Part shown: piece by piece, positions 42,501 to 45,201 of the stretch | Layout of the letters: each line of letters opens with the position of its first letter | How positions within the stretch are numbered: position 1 is the first letter of the stretch | Assembly: GCA_026387165.1 (NCBI GenBank) | Contig: JAPLMG010000015.1 | Coordinates: 1 to 45,201, forward strand | Length of the DNA stretch: 45,201 nt | Direction of reading: 5' to 3' | Origin: Candidatus Omnitrophota bacterium | GTDB taxonomy: Bacteria > Omnitrophota > Gorgyraeia > 2-01-FULL-45-10 | Program-made: the position numbers and the translations under genes | Notes under the pieces: model-generated | What the model saw: the letters and a program-made list of their open reading frames with translations, nothing else | Told to the model about the DNA's origin: nothing | Databases searched by the model: none

Positions 42501-45201
42501 TCTTTAAGAGGAACAAAGAGCGTTGTTGTCTATCAGCCTAAAGATGCGGAGAGAGTTGATAGAGCGGCCCTCCATGGCCGTCTTAGCGCTTACGTTAAAG
42601 ATGAAAATATAAAAGATCCTATTAAGGTTATTCGGGAAGATATTCAAGGGGCTGTGATATCGAGTAGAGAGGCTCTTAAGCAAGCTTTGTTAGCATTTAC
42701 TATACGAAACAGCCAACTCGACAGAGCTTACTATACTGAAACTCCTGGCACAGAAGCTGACACACAAAGATGGCTTACTAGATGGCAAGCTCTTTTAACA
42801 GATGCGTATAAACACGATGCATTCGATAAAATAAGAGATGTGGTGCGTAAAACTATAGATAAAACTAGCGGCAAACGATTGACTGAGCTGATAGCTAATA
42901 ATAATATTCCCGAATTCTTAAGTGTAAAAGACAAGAAAGAATTATCCAAAGAAGATAGTGATATGATCTCTGCGATATCTGATACCAAAGTATCCCCTAA
43001 GCAAAAACAGGATGCGTTATCCTCTATATTCTTGAATAAATGGATGGTTTTGGTAAATACTGATGAGTTAAACGATAAAACATTAATGGTCTCATGGATA
43101 GATAAGGGCTTGGGTAAATTAGCAAGAAGGCTGTTTGAAAAGGCGAAAAAGAAAAATCAGGCGCTTGATCTGACAGAAAGCTCTGTTAAAGATATAGTAC
43201 GGACTGCTTTGCTTGAGGCGGCAGATAATATGAGCGCAAGCCTAAAAGGAAAGGCCGATATTGACAGAAAGAAAGTCTTCCTTGCCGACAGAGTAAGCCA
43301 GAATTTGCGAGATCTATTTAAACAGGATATTAATGACATAGGAAAAGGATTAAAAGGATTTAAGACTGTCGAAAGGGAAGTCAGCAATAATTTATATACT
43401 GGTTTCTTTGATGATCTCTTGCATCTCATGGGATTCATGATGACGGGTGTATGTACATGGGCCGAAAGAGATAAGCAGGTGGCATCGCAAAATTACCATT
43501 TCGGGAAGATTGCTCTCAAAGACGCTACGGGCAGGATATTGGGCTTATCTCAGGTTCAGCTTCTCAAATGTGGCATTCATGGAGTAGCAAGGAAGCAGAC
43601 ACCTAAGGGATGGCGAGTAATAGCGTTGCCGGGCACTAACCTTTATCAGGGTGATATCGGTATGGATAAGGAGAAAGCATTGCTCGCATTATTCGAAACC
43701 GCTCAAACTTTGGCTGAAAAATCGGGCATGGAAGGGGCCGTGTTGCCGGTCAATCCCAACATTCACTCAAATTACGGATTTGAAAAACAGTTTATACAGA
43801 AACTTGTATCTAAAGGGTGGCTTAAAAAAACCACCTTAAGCAAAAACATCAATCTTACGCCTGCAGGATATGCTTATGAGGAAGTGTATCTTATAGCTAT
43901 CCCTAAGGAAGAAACGTTCTTGGTTTCATCATCCCTGGAAGAGAGGATCGACAAGGAAAGGCTTCAGACAGAAAAGGCGGAAAAGGAGAGGACGGTTTCT
44001 ATAAGGGGCGATCTGATAGAATTAATATATGAAAAAGAAATCCCTGAAGAGACTGTATCTGTTGTAAGAAAAGAAATAGAGACTTTGATTTCCAAGATGC
44101 CGCAGGGATTAATAGGGAACATTGGCCTCAATGCTTCATTAAAGGACGTCTCCATCAAGATACGCATAGACTCCGGCGCTGATAAGAGCAGTGTTAATAA
44201 ATCCGAAAATGAAATCGAGTTGACCTTAGCTAAAGACATCCTGTATAAAGAGGGCAAGGTCGAGATAGTAACTTTGAATGAAATGTTATCAGAATTATTC
44301 GCGGCATTTATTTTAGATGATTATGCGCAGTTAAAAGAGAAGTCCCGCACAAATGAAAACGCCTATTTTAAACTTGAACTTGTTAAGACGCTTTTGGGCT
44401 ACAAAAGATACCTCGCCAGATACCATAAAGTTATAAATAAATACGCGTGGAATGAACATAATTATCTCGGCGAAAAATCCGCTGAAGCACAGAAGGCGTT
44501 ATTTACCAAGTATAACGCCGATCTTGATGGATTCACGGAAGGCATGCGGGATATCTCGCAGTGGAACATGTTTCTGAATGTTATGGATGACTCCGACCCG
44601 GACTTCATGGTAATAAACTACGCCCACATACTTTTAAGTGATCCCGTATTTAAGGAGGATGATGTAGAAAAGATAATAACGGATATGGCAGGATCCAATA
44701 TTTTAAATAAACCGAGCATAGCTCATCTGAGGAATTTGATAAAAGATTTCATTTTAAATGGAAAAGCTCATGTTAAGATAGGCGACAAGATTGAAACGAA
44801 AGAGGCATTTACTCACTTTGACAACACGCGGGCATCATCTGAATTAAAAGATGTGCTTCTCACCACCAAAGATCAGGATGAGTTTTATGGCACGTTAAAA
44901 AGTTTGCTCGAAAGCAGTCTGTTGCTCACTACTACAAATATAAACGAGGAAATATCGAGGCTTATTGACAAAAACATATTTAGCTCACCAAGCAGAGAAG
45001 AGTCGATTAGGGCAGCTCTTACAGAAATACTCATACGAAGAATAGGTAGAAGCGCCTTCATGAGCTTCAAAGAACACGAAACGGGCAATAGAGGTTATAA
45101 GGATATACCGCGTATTAAAGTTAATACCTTGAGCTTGCCTGAAGGGATCGATGCAGACGAATATGGATCTTTGGGTGAAGACGACTTCCAGGGTCCGGTC
45201 G
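21120..45201 (+). CDS. Giant multi-domain membrane protein, part 2 (over 8,027 aa, 3' end beyond the window): OEP-like repeat, TM clusters, NTase-like, GGDEF-like, HEAT array
   Basis: Frame 0 stays open from 21036 to the window end by my own translation. It is not in the ORF track, most likely because no stop falls inside the window. First ATG is 21120, and upstream in-frame alternatives are GTG 21057 and TTG 21099. None has a strong SD, there is no N-terminal signal peptide, and there is no terminator or gap after the part 1 stop. Confidence 0.85.
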   Translation, partial: MQRLVGVEIRIPIITGGEQQANQRITELELSNIRSSLSDENREVFDELYAMFTELERTLKDLEGSEIALAWAYENYENARKDLERGAIDEIAYVAAIKALNGAEIRYTATRDSYIKLDTLLRARLNSYGLTNKEIAEMERDARGKEGVEEAARAGAARKAEAIKAVEPARDAELRRLEEKEREAVVIAQKREERERARGQNPLEKQRLTESERAAQALLKGALDADAEKAENTMKYRVRSEIFKDAIITPKYATGVKSYYSIAMESLLTTIGMPFGVTGDGWERAVKIDDWLDVVNSYVVTHNAQFNMNNRLSLMEQTYKGLSPAEKDQLERISRRPNQPIRWDRHWEGYFTSAQINTLNILFKGNERKIASQYLDDGKINPAWIGLSKIGILSYAANRQIADSTKSALGVVKEILANEAIFDREQRFRDPKSEEDKNWPDKDKALDGYTEWLRKTRLSLDNIEFLNIPESAKLADGGPIYQVRRLIKNIFGNERAIFGDYTGRGSVEVWNLYRLLSRLAKPGTERGQYKGLENILKLLHGLVVEGRGSLLDFYGQYDEKRLKALPEALNLRKLIDEREDYRAALEAARPGDDSAALKERLNSKEAQIQREMDILREGRLYGNALSVLRFALESPENSDILAKLGTGDLASGDTDKIMDFVSYYYKTMDTALPYLERVYDDLPNGTIDRDNPEHIGILSHFYSLRAANKWTDDETRYLLQRLVSAKEEAKEFLAMLRNTMVDQITFDSKDTGTVGFLFGHVFARIQNGWDKTAIRDRIPIMGMIKPCLEAYHGYKIDDKGTPEEQADKIGNLLYWNKFLKENLKDDFELFKDILSNRKAVSQAIKEADREQLETALAQADKRTEAEKFAIAVAILKDQKLEECVRADIEERRTVAGRALSPGEETAVRAAAEKAFNELYGLHMMGPRYVEAAKLADAEKDRRVKKLNKEFGQIYALYMAERRLFTETKKAVRSKALEALYVIDPSTQERRAEIDKELMELEKKDEEEFLRLYKSGFISSVADALIVDAGFVRLTGKASIVKNISDVGNVIALRNLLTSLKDEGILAAAEKGMDFELERRRYLDKRRGEIEASLKKADVSLDENTKKSYMKTSEESFAHIYGQGVINSRTNSFFLEGRADPALVKKVLYAEYFVDKLAKLNWRPLNAGEVGNWSWDLMEMIYLTEKQRKLPEAEKAAMLSADLKDAFDIADWEASAGRVLEAKKHMANLFSMIDRVQRERVKAVDATKKYLAKKEKTADGAFKLLFTALEGISEADLKKAGISEAERAEIEALRGKIGALRKMTEESDASKQPSLREDIERADRSKDDFLRLDREVKRETELGVALSDIDALLLRAASLDAGVVKELKEAIIDLGTARTSVTKDGENEFGAAYPSDAAESFVEGLFKKFDKVFEELRKAKERELKDGKSLYEKVKAVEGRLREELRKEELAGSEFATGKAYIDRVNQRLDELRQKVRGTWSSRSLAVKRANLENLQKALEDAKLFYNLDTYRKKHNDEFSVSSGQLRYEKILEQLISESMPSDALAARLASLIEIDKKKLEGETINGVYLNSVYRANGKELETGELGFFQGEIRESVHLGELRKAYEDDLIKKENKTKEEASVLGEWFLRERIGKYVRYEALVTGLEELLMRDQGITDMNSPEAKRLRMTRGQKIGLFMSLEKRVWKEEEEIAYLKEWFKDASLVQTFAGEHLGYRLAHSLLSYTVEVMRSGFGMPVLMNSVDRLSIEFQKAFPYQMAYMNIGDHLRSMEAALWNERELSVIPDDSMTDLILENTFYRNGDLDRVYRAEAIGQLYSFHNQVSYRLSMADYGKDKVTYRDLENTAKALDSVMMPEIAYNAANGIPKLTKDWMRKNKETLDGWFEGRRGEKDARKARALKYENSLKNPDNIPAALKETGDELSKAWKARGNTDPMNEDLAWYFQKIMLSTGISAEDLLKVTYEYPADIEKVWEEVNGRKPTEAESGKIKYYASKMDLDGWTLNYVKTILVYGNYISGLMETLRSAKPTEVEVENLVRLAIDNGILPADPSIPEAKGGLGIEIDSLSVGALLDKKMPLARVIDLTKTIHSKINSPKISIDDVLYLVGLAMDTNIAKPPEEERFSLSREEVRGVVARQFTKERIDLGEFENHRSVIIDGITDALIGKRIHPVNFVILVDRTLALRDAIIKAAADKEVDSEVRPKLEMTRGGFEMLAVLDQQALDINKIIGIADIEALGMGRGSAKYTLTENAVKEPVNSLRRMLINKRIETKYKATKDFVKNNLLKDLKRPEDFKAKLAADVVGEDLVETKRGADGKEYFNVKNNEDAKKFIDKKIGEQRGKEDGDRGSFWRASSYVAGAFSVFVAIYGIGLIRRALRKRDKTAKEKIAAGEAGALAPPPEGAGIEGASPGAGEASLSTAERRTDKGPAPKKEKLAALGRYLVFALKLSTTFVVLYTFSHEFRITMIWCASSGIFIGALAISIILLYSTIKLLSGRFPLFKGELRKYAGLHIKIANFIKLPSTKISEKIKEMESYSDSFRDSAGIFALRLLKVPVGLVTGLIGTGVRLGVPLFPAGYFIWQSGAFTLFAANNVMIFLLVFMLISTVVSKGWDLLVSASKLAFMYLKNSVSEGSYTAPQMKEARHAALTASFNLAVALAANIGTLIYIYFTQNWFASMPWLLAIAALAFTYCNYCVAYILVSALVYGLMAVITACRPGKKPLWDISSYKLIEKIKRVPKKYFTTVYNMGAMKVDDDFRTVMGTTTRSFENNVHMTEVSGEGVPYLRKNSSGKKFAYDTTDNLSMMVKVTSGYFDNTKDSFVKTLRDTLRLRREYGRGKAGIIFTNTDAARADLAGMKPHCYRDDFKYLLEGWNHPHVYVSISDIDVDNLEMITGAVDTSGNFTGRVIATKDDEYFIDNATGEAVLKDGRILKPGEYIRDEKFNIITDYFLRPIGPIARNDPKYKEKYSDESKYYRKKKIVNINGADLDVRVSTETYYVDADDPSIRYRLIKGDLYDDRTGVPVLTKDMYEKSPRHGYLLNKRTKQRIDRGLDGKSLPERVVTVTEQKVFAKNAAQNRIDIYTLTKDGKLLDPSGKLFADIRSISSIRTLYETFKLDKDGSLKKTSDPDMEITDKEDPLASNDGRRFELDVYSVISKELLDQFVDKTDAGGYVTEASKNTEKISKDEWRVDAASGDALMKDGLIVARRGTWRRDKEGNLYIGGISQEDADIFLKEGNLLDVDCLNIGKNGREETYFISTDTVRGIPVASSAGKKDFGAKKEFERFAKEVNGGYLVNAADGFRVVDGKLVQYQKDGIGFDEEKKYVIGENFETTVQDSVAVDPLTGELFQSQRIAKHDTYWHLNDEEKGRNVFRIRKILARLEDVYFDGSGNAKKKGGLDKPVETIAGAGTFVLDEDGNLRSKNVTAEDAAIIQPSTFEAKDITTDHKSGDLIVKKRIAGANEFDINEKGLAVRLPGAGGQAIANIGTFLLKADRGEILDKEGRKVEPDYSIQLAAQIDNKNEYPADHIGRIISRAVNDMEGEEEVGMYQPLIDYPNFGKSLYSRFQGWAQSILSYINMSDFAVFGESSAVGKMTFNINRYNNDVTEKKVIPYNVRSHDFWEAMFTKTARLMGTEEEKIRVLETTPSSFFAQVIRSKRWIDGDVLALKIEYWPVKALFEILRFRPVDAIGTIARGLHRGITGKTHISAESKMHIGAIIRGLISEPVFFFWLFILGVTATIIPGVMTASGPMISLWVLSTVLIILIGQKAVVPIWKEVWEKRGSRAFRALGAVLGAGFSVTAIGLGALHFIPYAKEASFAVAGVLILIAAVRYANKMIRSRHLMRGIVPIAVLAAVIIMAVFLYINPPFAIELALTKMQSAVWIVDFFKWIPKSMPFIVSAILIVKAVGWRADVLSKRGSEQDIKNADILRIVPRAFYIFKRAVWETILGTGILMVLILYKPKYLLDGIKKIFEGERFVWFTMIQGERMVAKGYKLSRAYGEYKWAPILGVTILVATILYMTLGAYFPAFRILDPALAFKGLPIFIFSWIFGPGIAWYSAQYGGSAGHREPAFMHSVSEFRSSLKAKPLDAYGAIEKIRDILKDSGEFNIDVDRSRMYLLYLTQIDFSRDERGLKLESYLSSVLRSANLTDMEQELKDQLKWWEPGFENEWDSITELLRVYLLDRAVRAAAKDGKAAELAYLIGQIDEDRQNLIRAVNDIVRRISPRKIGETYWVYASLSEKQDFVRKTVELHIKDAAKRAEAIGHISKLLALTPEEEVKRLIKMQDSFDAERATELQNAVKEEEGKAPEKKKGIPNRRKEMFRATIEPFGRLDDIRVLGISFSWGLSRRLKGISGEIYREGLTGADRMKVIRRHRKFYGRLLALVGGDARNEERTEKEMLELYDYLVKRDASIRLKADADVMIDRLKKEEEKLKENAFKQFVLEEWDKVVAFMKGRSAIERRPIKKDEDARKASRELLEKSISEAIGKAAGGLTGEELTSKREWTLDRGSRDLEAGEGDGKIAADGALARFMAAAGEDVVVFGGAVRNAIMHKEEDTEEFDIFIRAGDPTDEEMREIYRKSKEYMKDRRALDELIYRLQADPRFKERLAQHLRSVTVDMLYGINGIRRDNMLEEVLYRYILYEAVRDLLMRKAITVIAAEAAVLGCDPEALQQGMAIVDGKLVRIAGFLDGSGDIFAIPGNEDVFFDIPELTMNRLAVGKKDGNYTLYDQYGGETDIKSKALRLNFSDGVKDEAGLMIIFRALRFIKQYEEAGFKPDGALTKLLEEFFKKPKDFGIDSLEELLLKLYEFTADAEEADALLESVGALKFIKDKGIDLDDIKKEALTAQELREKELAVTELRAAELADEESSQTVIGLLSWVGLLAVTGEKKIAIAAGAAAGVPTAAAKPAGGYAKGGAKAPAAPAGTAPASAAAKPAGGYAKGGKVAPAQAAGTEASQVSVPTGKSLLRAEQVALDILLGRVLQKPAEKPGTEKAIEDGYEPGPKAKAFMQRYLGKDYKSGEKLLGLGYRKMKKFSNDLDKIIEDEIERRAIKDEEEIRYVKYIISRIVNWKPVYLGHKVRRDLTVNEYYILNWRALEIALMLLDRQGFEKKNKELAEEKRLANMKSLLTGHAPEANIAGIDTMDKITLILGDNGRIGDLLFIQRMLADNPRLQVYAIPRARRFMDAITSEDIENLLLGKDELRRSMLTYIKSKVKKVIDALPDKEKNEKKKKEGLLKELAGIDVSIDGSYAQLRTFIEANIDDNEKKDVLTKDLSALPDIDPLKGLREAWLMGRFILVEDGPAGEGIDLETVSEGVAEALSGADRVIAPGANNAASIAASRLPTAAAREEAVEVTEFVPLMSRKERVASWSEGQKRIAGLSAQGQNFVVALFDIDHLTKYHTAYGRNQQLAGKVRIVIADIIKDMEKSRLYPGIKVEQFTKKGDESALIISTTDNSPLDRAVAARVLEHIRREVAKGTFRRFGKATITGLAGLSAKKISQIKSVLGARFAVKNGSADIIFDLIKGEKPEEAWKRQLEIWNGQLTEKGLKIGGDFKHIVPAFTISLGAAQNNAVDGAIYNLTKTLQTNVDKAQRDFEIARQKISDILAALCATQDEREMIRDIIYRIKDVDDIGFFVQNIAEDNILFKLDDLIYKIRNMLDSERVRCIKALRRHYKERERMIINELNNIADNTTTIDALQSNIDKSFAEISGLKVSETDKQFIMGILRQLGINVSQKYARNKNLNGILKDELAGSIAKLKEYFRGKRRKVNEDIDNVDNVLKGATDISDVDATIEKVFGHLGDSEYGAAYKKFVRQMGERIRERFGRERGEIGPYISPSLSSMEDISRLRKIFERHNAADLLNVADDVWKNFVSIRKCMAGIVDDEYERNLKGALNISELRRYANNTVVSVHKALQVAANDHEATLLEKKYRIVKILTPFITRDRNFALINAAQSPEDIRPVPIQVRAAKAATLAKDRGRNKIAWSDDVRYPQGVVETFSPPEVLRETTEEIALTAEEAPKAPQTTQPPAQAPPEALSITPQKTFLQRMFSFLRNPANISIILIGAALLLMPGCTYYTAASSMPWFQIGAFVVPSLLALGLGTFYLYRRAKIKKYMNELEDKDLNVNDRAAKALIALRALPTKTEFTVIKRLRDLSYLYDEPLLEDARNDLVRMGKAAEPYLVKIFENKNSRLRRAAIGVLGRIGVVPVLIKASEDNDFYIRDFAYEALERCRALNVELKVKRYLKDLEDGNKRISKSSALLALGNIGSKAEEAVPAIIRLLEYGDENDRTNAADALEKIGALTPNLAVRRYIKDLDGVRDGCGFRGEAAAKALGNLGSESKEAIPILTNALEGEHSNVRQEAAAALDKLGALTVELKVKRYLKDLDENLEGSQSRIVRSLAAEALEKLGAFSTELKVRLYIAELKDLFYSYDDRKPAIEALVKIGQSATPSLLKELDNDRYNIRSAVAETLERLGALTVELKVKKYLRDLEHGDFSYIDENWRYRGLAAEALGKMGPEAKDAIPALIKSLTDCQPDNRIVASEALVKIGKVAVPNLIKALEDSEEYVPSFAADILGKIGPEAKEAVPALIKSMTDNKSPYRGAADEALVKIGKAAVPGLIKVLEDNNSVVRGSAAMVLEKLGSLTVELKVARYLSDLRDTDNSIRKNATEALVKIGKAAVPGLIKVLEDNNSVVRGSAAMALEKLGSLTVELKVARFINDLKDKDSSVRSCAADNLGKIGPEAKESVPALVNVLKDNDNDVRRNAAASLGIIGDIQALPALIGLINDYKSGPAAIMAIASIVFKNKSVLSEDAWKSIISQSHIDLVVDIFKKYPDLFNQDIQWLNAIRRLIEQINEEINIYPASEQESVRKQICGSIDNYIKMFVPDNNADRIITEYKEISSLFEIVHDNLPLCLDSLRQIGLNMAYFESLRKALPLNNALTRILRMLGESESAIGGFRDVTTKVQKSGNFGRLYSMIVDVAKRKQRTAPQEVSGLLEILRSLGNISRWKEKKWERIKGQIEKYYSSGFKVITYNLFKYFVEHENDAAALFTMKEDIQKQLGNIGWGGFAGLTDDFKKKYGITTRDEIALLAKYMAISNLTARDYAGKYEDIKKVLAKRGGAWKDEIDEGLRELFSLRGTKSVVVYQPKDAERVDRAALHGRLSAYVKDENIKDPIKVIREDIQGAVISSREALKQALLAFTIRNSQLDRAYYTETPGTEADTQRWLTRWQALLTDAYKHDAFDKIRDVVRKTIDKTSGKRLTELIANNNIPEFLSVKDKKELSKEDSDMISAISDTKVSPKQKQDALSSIFLNKWMVLVNTDELNDKTLMVSWIDKGLGKLARRLFEKAKKKNQALDLTESSVKDIVRTALLEAADNMSASLKGKADIDRKKVFLADRVSQNLRDLFKQDINDIGKGLKGFKTVEREVSNNLYTGFFDDLLHLMGFMMTGVCTWAERDKQVASQNYHFGKIALKDATGRILGLSQVQLLKCGIHGVARKQTPKGWRVIALPGTNLYQGDIGMDKEKALLALFETAQTLAEKSGMEGAVLPVNPNIHSNYGFEKQFIQKLVSKGWLKKTTLSKNINLTPAGYAYEEVYLIAIPKEETFLVSSSLEERIDKERLQTEKAEKERTVSIRGDLIELIYEKEIPEETVSVVRKEIETLISKMPQGLIGNIGLNASLKDVSIKIRIDSGADKSSVNKSENEIELTLAKDILYKEGKVEIVTLNEMLSELFAAFILDDYAQLKEKSRTNENAYFKLELVKTLLGYKRYLARYHKVINKYAWNEHNYLGEKSAEAQKALFTKYNADLDGFTEGMRDISQWNMFLNVMDDSDPDFMVINYAHILLSDPVFKEDDVEKIITDMAGSNILNKPSIAHLRNLIKDFILNGKAHVKIGDKIETKEAFTHFDNTRASSELKDVLLTTKDQDEFYGTLKSLLESSLLLTTTNINEEISRLIDKNIFSSPSREESIRAALTEILIRRIGRSAFMSFKEHETGNRGYKDIPRIKVNTLSLPEGIDADEYGSLGEDDFQGPV
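28150..29260 (+). other. Transmembrane cluster 3
   Basis: Example segments: YVAGAFSVFVAIYGIGLI, LVFALKLSTTFVVLYTF, MIWCASSGIFIGALAISIILLY, VPVGLVTGLIGTGV, FTLFAANNVMIFLLVFMLISTVV, LAVALAANIGTLIYIYF, WLLAIAALAFTYCNYCVAYILVSALVYGLMAVI. Confidence 0.7.
29780..31630 (+). repeat. Degenerate beta-hairpin-like repeats (D-x-x-G-x-L type) in the roughly 1,000-aa loop between TM clusters 3 and 4
   Basis: Recurring short motif: FIDNATGEAVLKDGRIL, LIKGDLYDDRTGVPVL, IYTLTKDGKLLDPSGKL, FKLDKDGSLKK, WRVDAASGDALMKDGLIV, WRRDKEGNLYI, VNAADGFRVVDGKLVQY, VAVDPLTGELF, FVLDEDGNLRS, LLKADRGEILDKEGRKV. Confidence 0.3.
32260..33285 (+). other. Transmembrane cluster 4
   Basis: Example segments: PVFFFWLFILGVTATIIPGVM, MISLWVLSTVLIILIG, LGAVLGAGFSVTAIGLGALHFI, FAVAGVLILIAAV, IVPIAVLAAVIIMAVFLYI, MPFIVSAILIV, ILGTGILMVLILY, ILGVTILVATILYMTLGAYF, LPIFIFSWIFGPGIAWY. 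Confidence 0.7.
34690..35430 (+). other. Class-II nucleotidyltransferase head domain (CCA-adding enzyme / poly(A) polymerase family-like)
   Basis: VVVFGGAVRNAIMHKEEDTEEFDIFI compares with the GGxVRD...DxD motif. ELTMNRLAVGKKDGNYTLYDQYGGETDIKSKALRLNFSDGVKDEAGLMIIFRALRFIKQYEEAGF compares with D.TiNA.A....G...D..GG..DL....iR......F.EDplRiLRA.RFa..l.F. The spacing between the two motif blocks (about 170 aa) is longer than usual. Confidence 0.6.
35805..35921 (+). repeat. Two copies of a 36-nt unit (AAAKPAGGYAKGG), period 81 bp, just after a single TM helix
   Basis: GCCGCAGCCAAGCCGGCAGGCGGATACGCAAAAGGG (35805-35840) against GCCGCAGCCAAGCCTGCAGGCGGATACGCAAAAGGC (35886-35921), with 2 mismatches. The preceding helix is VIGLLSWVGLLAVTG. 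Confidence 0.85.
37245..37810 (+). other. Degenerate GGDEF-like (nucleotide cyclase palm) domain, signature KGDES
   Basis: VVALFDIDHLTKYHTAYGRNQQLAGKVRIVIADII compares with l.l.DiDhFK.iND.yGH..GD.vL. FTKKGDESALIISTTD (KKGDES at 37416-37433) compares with R.GGDEFail. PAFTISLGAAQ compares with vtvSiGvA. An insert of about 90 aa precedes the last strand. Confidence 0.5.
39264..39415 (+). other. TM hairpin (two helices) preceding the HEAT array
   Basis: ISIILIGAALLLMPG and WFQIGAFVVPSLLALGLGTFYLY, followed by a basic RRAKIKK. Confidence 0.6.
39447..41500 (+). repeat. HEAT / PBS-lyase-type repeat array (about 680 aa)
   Basis: Many units of the form xxVRxxAAxALGKIGxxAKEAVPALIKxLxDxx, for example NDVRRNAAASLGIIGDIQALPALIGLIND. 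They are interleaved with a recurring LGALTVELKVKRYLKDL segment, whose DNA copies lie near 39793, 40206 and 40522. Confidence 0.75.
40930..41263 (+). repeat. Near-identical tandem duplication inside the HEAT array (142-bp core, period 192 bp = 64 aa)
   Basis: 40930-41071 against 41122-41263 shows 3 mismatches in 142 bp (GTC/GCC, GTA/GTG, GTA/GTG). An older diverged copy starts at about 40726. Confidence 0.9.

Noticed and set aside
43440-43830. Possible small enzymatic (GNAT-like) fold near the window end: GKIALKDATGRILGLSQVQLLK...GWRVIALPG
   Set aside because: This is only a vague impression with no diagnostic motif (no Q/RxxGxG/A). It is not reportable.
3179-43839. Short + strand out-of-frame ORFs (3179-3481, 22597-22806, 23246-23485, 28505-28759, 32357-32596, 33104-33346, 37202-37417, 43651-43839)
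   Set aside because: They are embedded in frames +1 and +2 of the giant coding frame. They are Arg/Gly/Pro-rich with an unnatural composition and have no ribosome-binding sites.
3039-45201. Dozens of minus-strand ORFs of 60-246 aa (for example 24659-25399, 15149-15835, 11639-12235, 33632-34153, 36719-37276, 40892-41407)
   Set aside because: All lie antisense to the giant frame. They are Ser/Ala/Leu/Arg-rich low-complexity mirror translations of Glu/Lys/Ala-rich coding sequence and tile the region with no intergenic spacing. These are classic shadow ORFs.
1-45201. Search for tRNA, rRNA, transposase or integrase genes flanking the islet
   Set aside because: I saw no cloverleaf-like segments, rRNA-like conserved stretches or transposase/integrase-like ORFs. 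Mobility of the left-hand islet is therefore only suggested by its gene content.

Overview
About 93% of this 45.2-kb window is one + strand reading frame belonging to giant gene(s). The left edge (1-2816) is a small accessory or defence islet. It holds a GC-rich REP-like palindromic element, a Bro-N/DinD-like gene (268-1125), and an AbiEii/AbiEi type IV toxin-antitoxin pair (1421-2203 and 2196-2816, toxin first, 8-nt overlap). The pair is preceded by a sigma70-like promoter and a perfect 16-bp palindrome. After an AT-rich leader with a good Shine-Dalgarno, a 5,998-codon ORF runs 3039-21035. Its TAG is followed, with no gap and in the same frame, by an ORF that stays open to the window end (21036-45200, 8,055 more codons, first ATG at 21120). 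That second ORF is missing from the supplied track, most likely because it has no stop inside the window. I translated it by eye. Supporting this, the track lists no frame-0 + strand ORF after 21035, and antisense shadow ORFs cover the region continuously. Together this makes at least 14,054 codons (42.2 kb) in one frame. From motifs I recognise these modules: an N-terminal signal anchor, a TraB/GumN/ChaN-like domain, and four clusters of hydrophobic TM segments. There is a divergent SecA-type DEAD motor ATPase, an (alpha/alpha)6 glucoamylase/GH144-like glycoside hydrolase domain, and two TolC/OEP-type repeats, the second straddling the TAG. There is also a class-II (CCA-adding/poly(A) polymerase-like) nucleotidyltransferase head domain, a degenerate GGDEF-like palm domain (KGDES), and a long HEAT/PBS-lyase-type repeat array with near-identical tandem DNA copies. 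Many TM regions, a divergent SecA DEAD domain and carbohydrate-active domains together match what has been reported for giant genes of Candidatus Omnitrophota. That taxon assignment is inference only. Points worth a second look: the single in-frame TAG inside a conserved repeat, an abrupt GC drop near 37.8 kb inside the open frame, and a 79-bp nested palindromic repeat element carried in-frame at 4397-4475. Also notable are the nucleotide-transferase/cyclase-like modules in the distal part. I saw no rRNA, tRNA, CRISPR array or convincing intrinsic terminator. All domain calls rest on remembered family motifs, not on searches.
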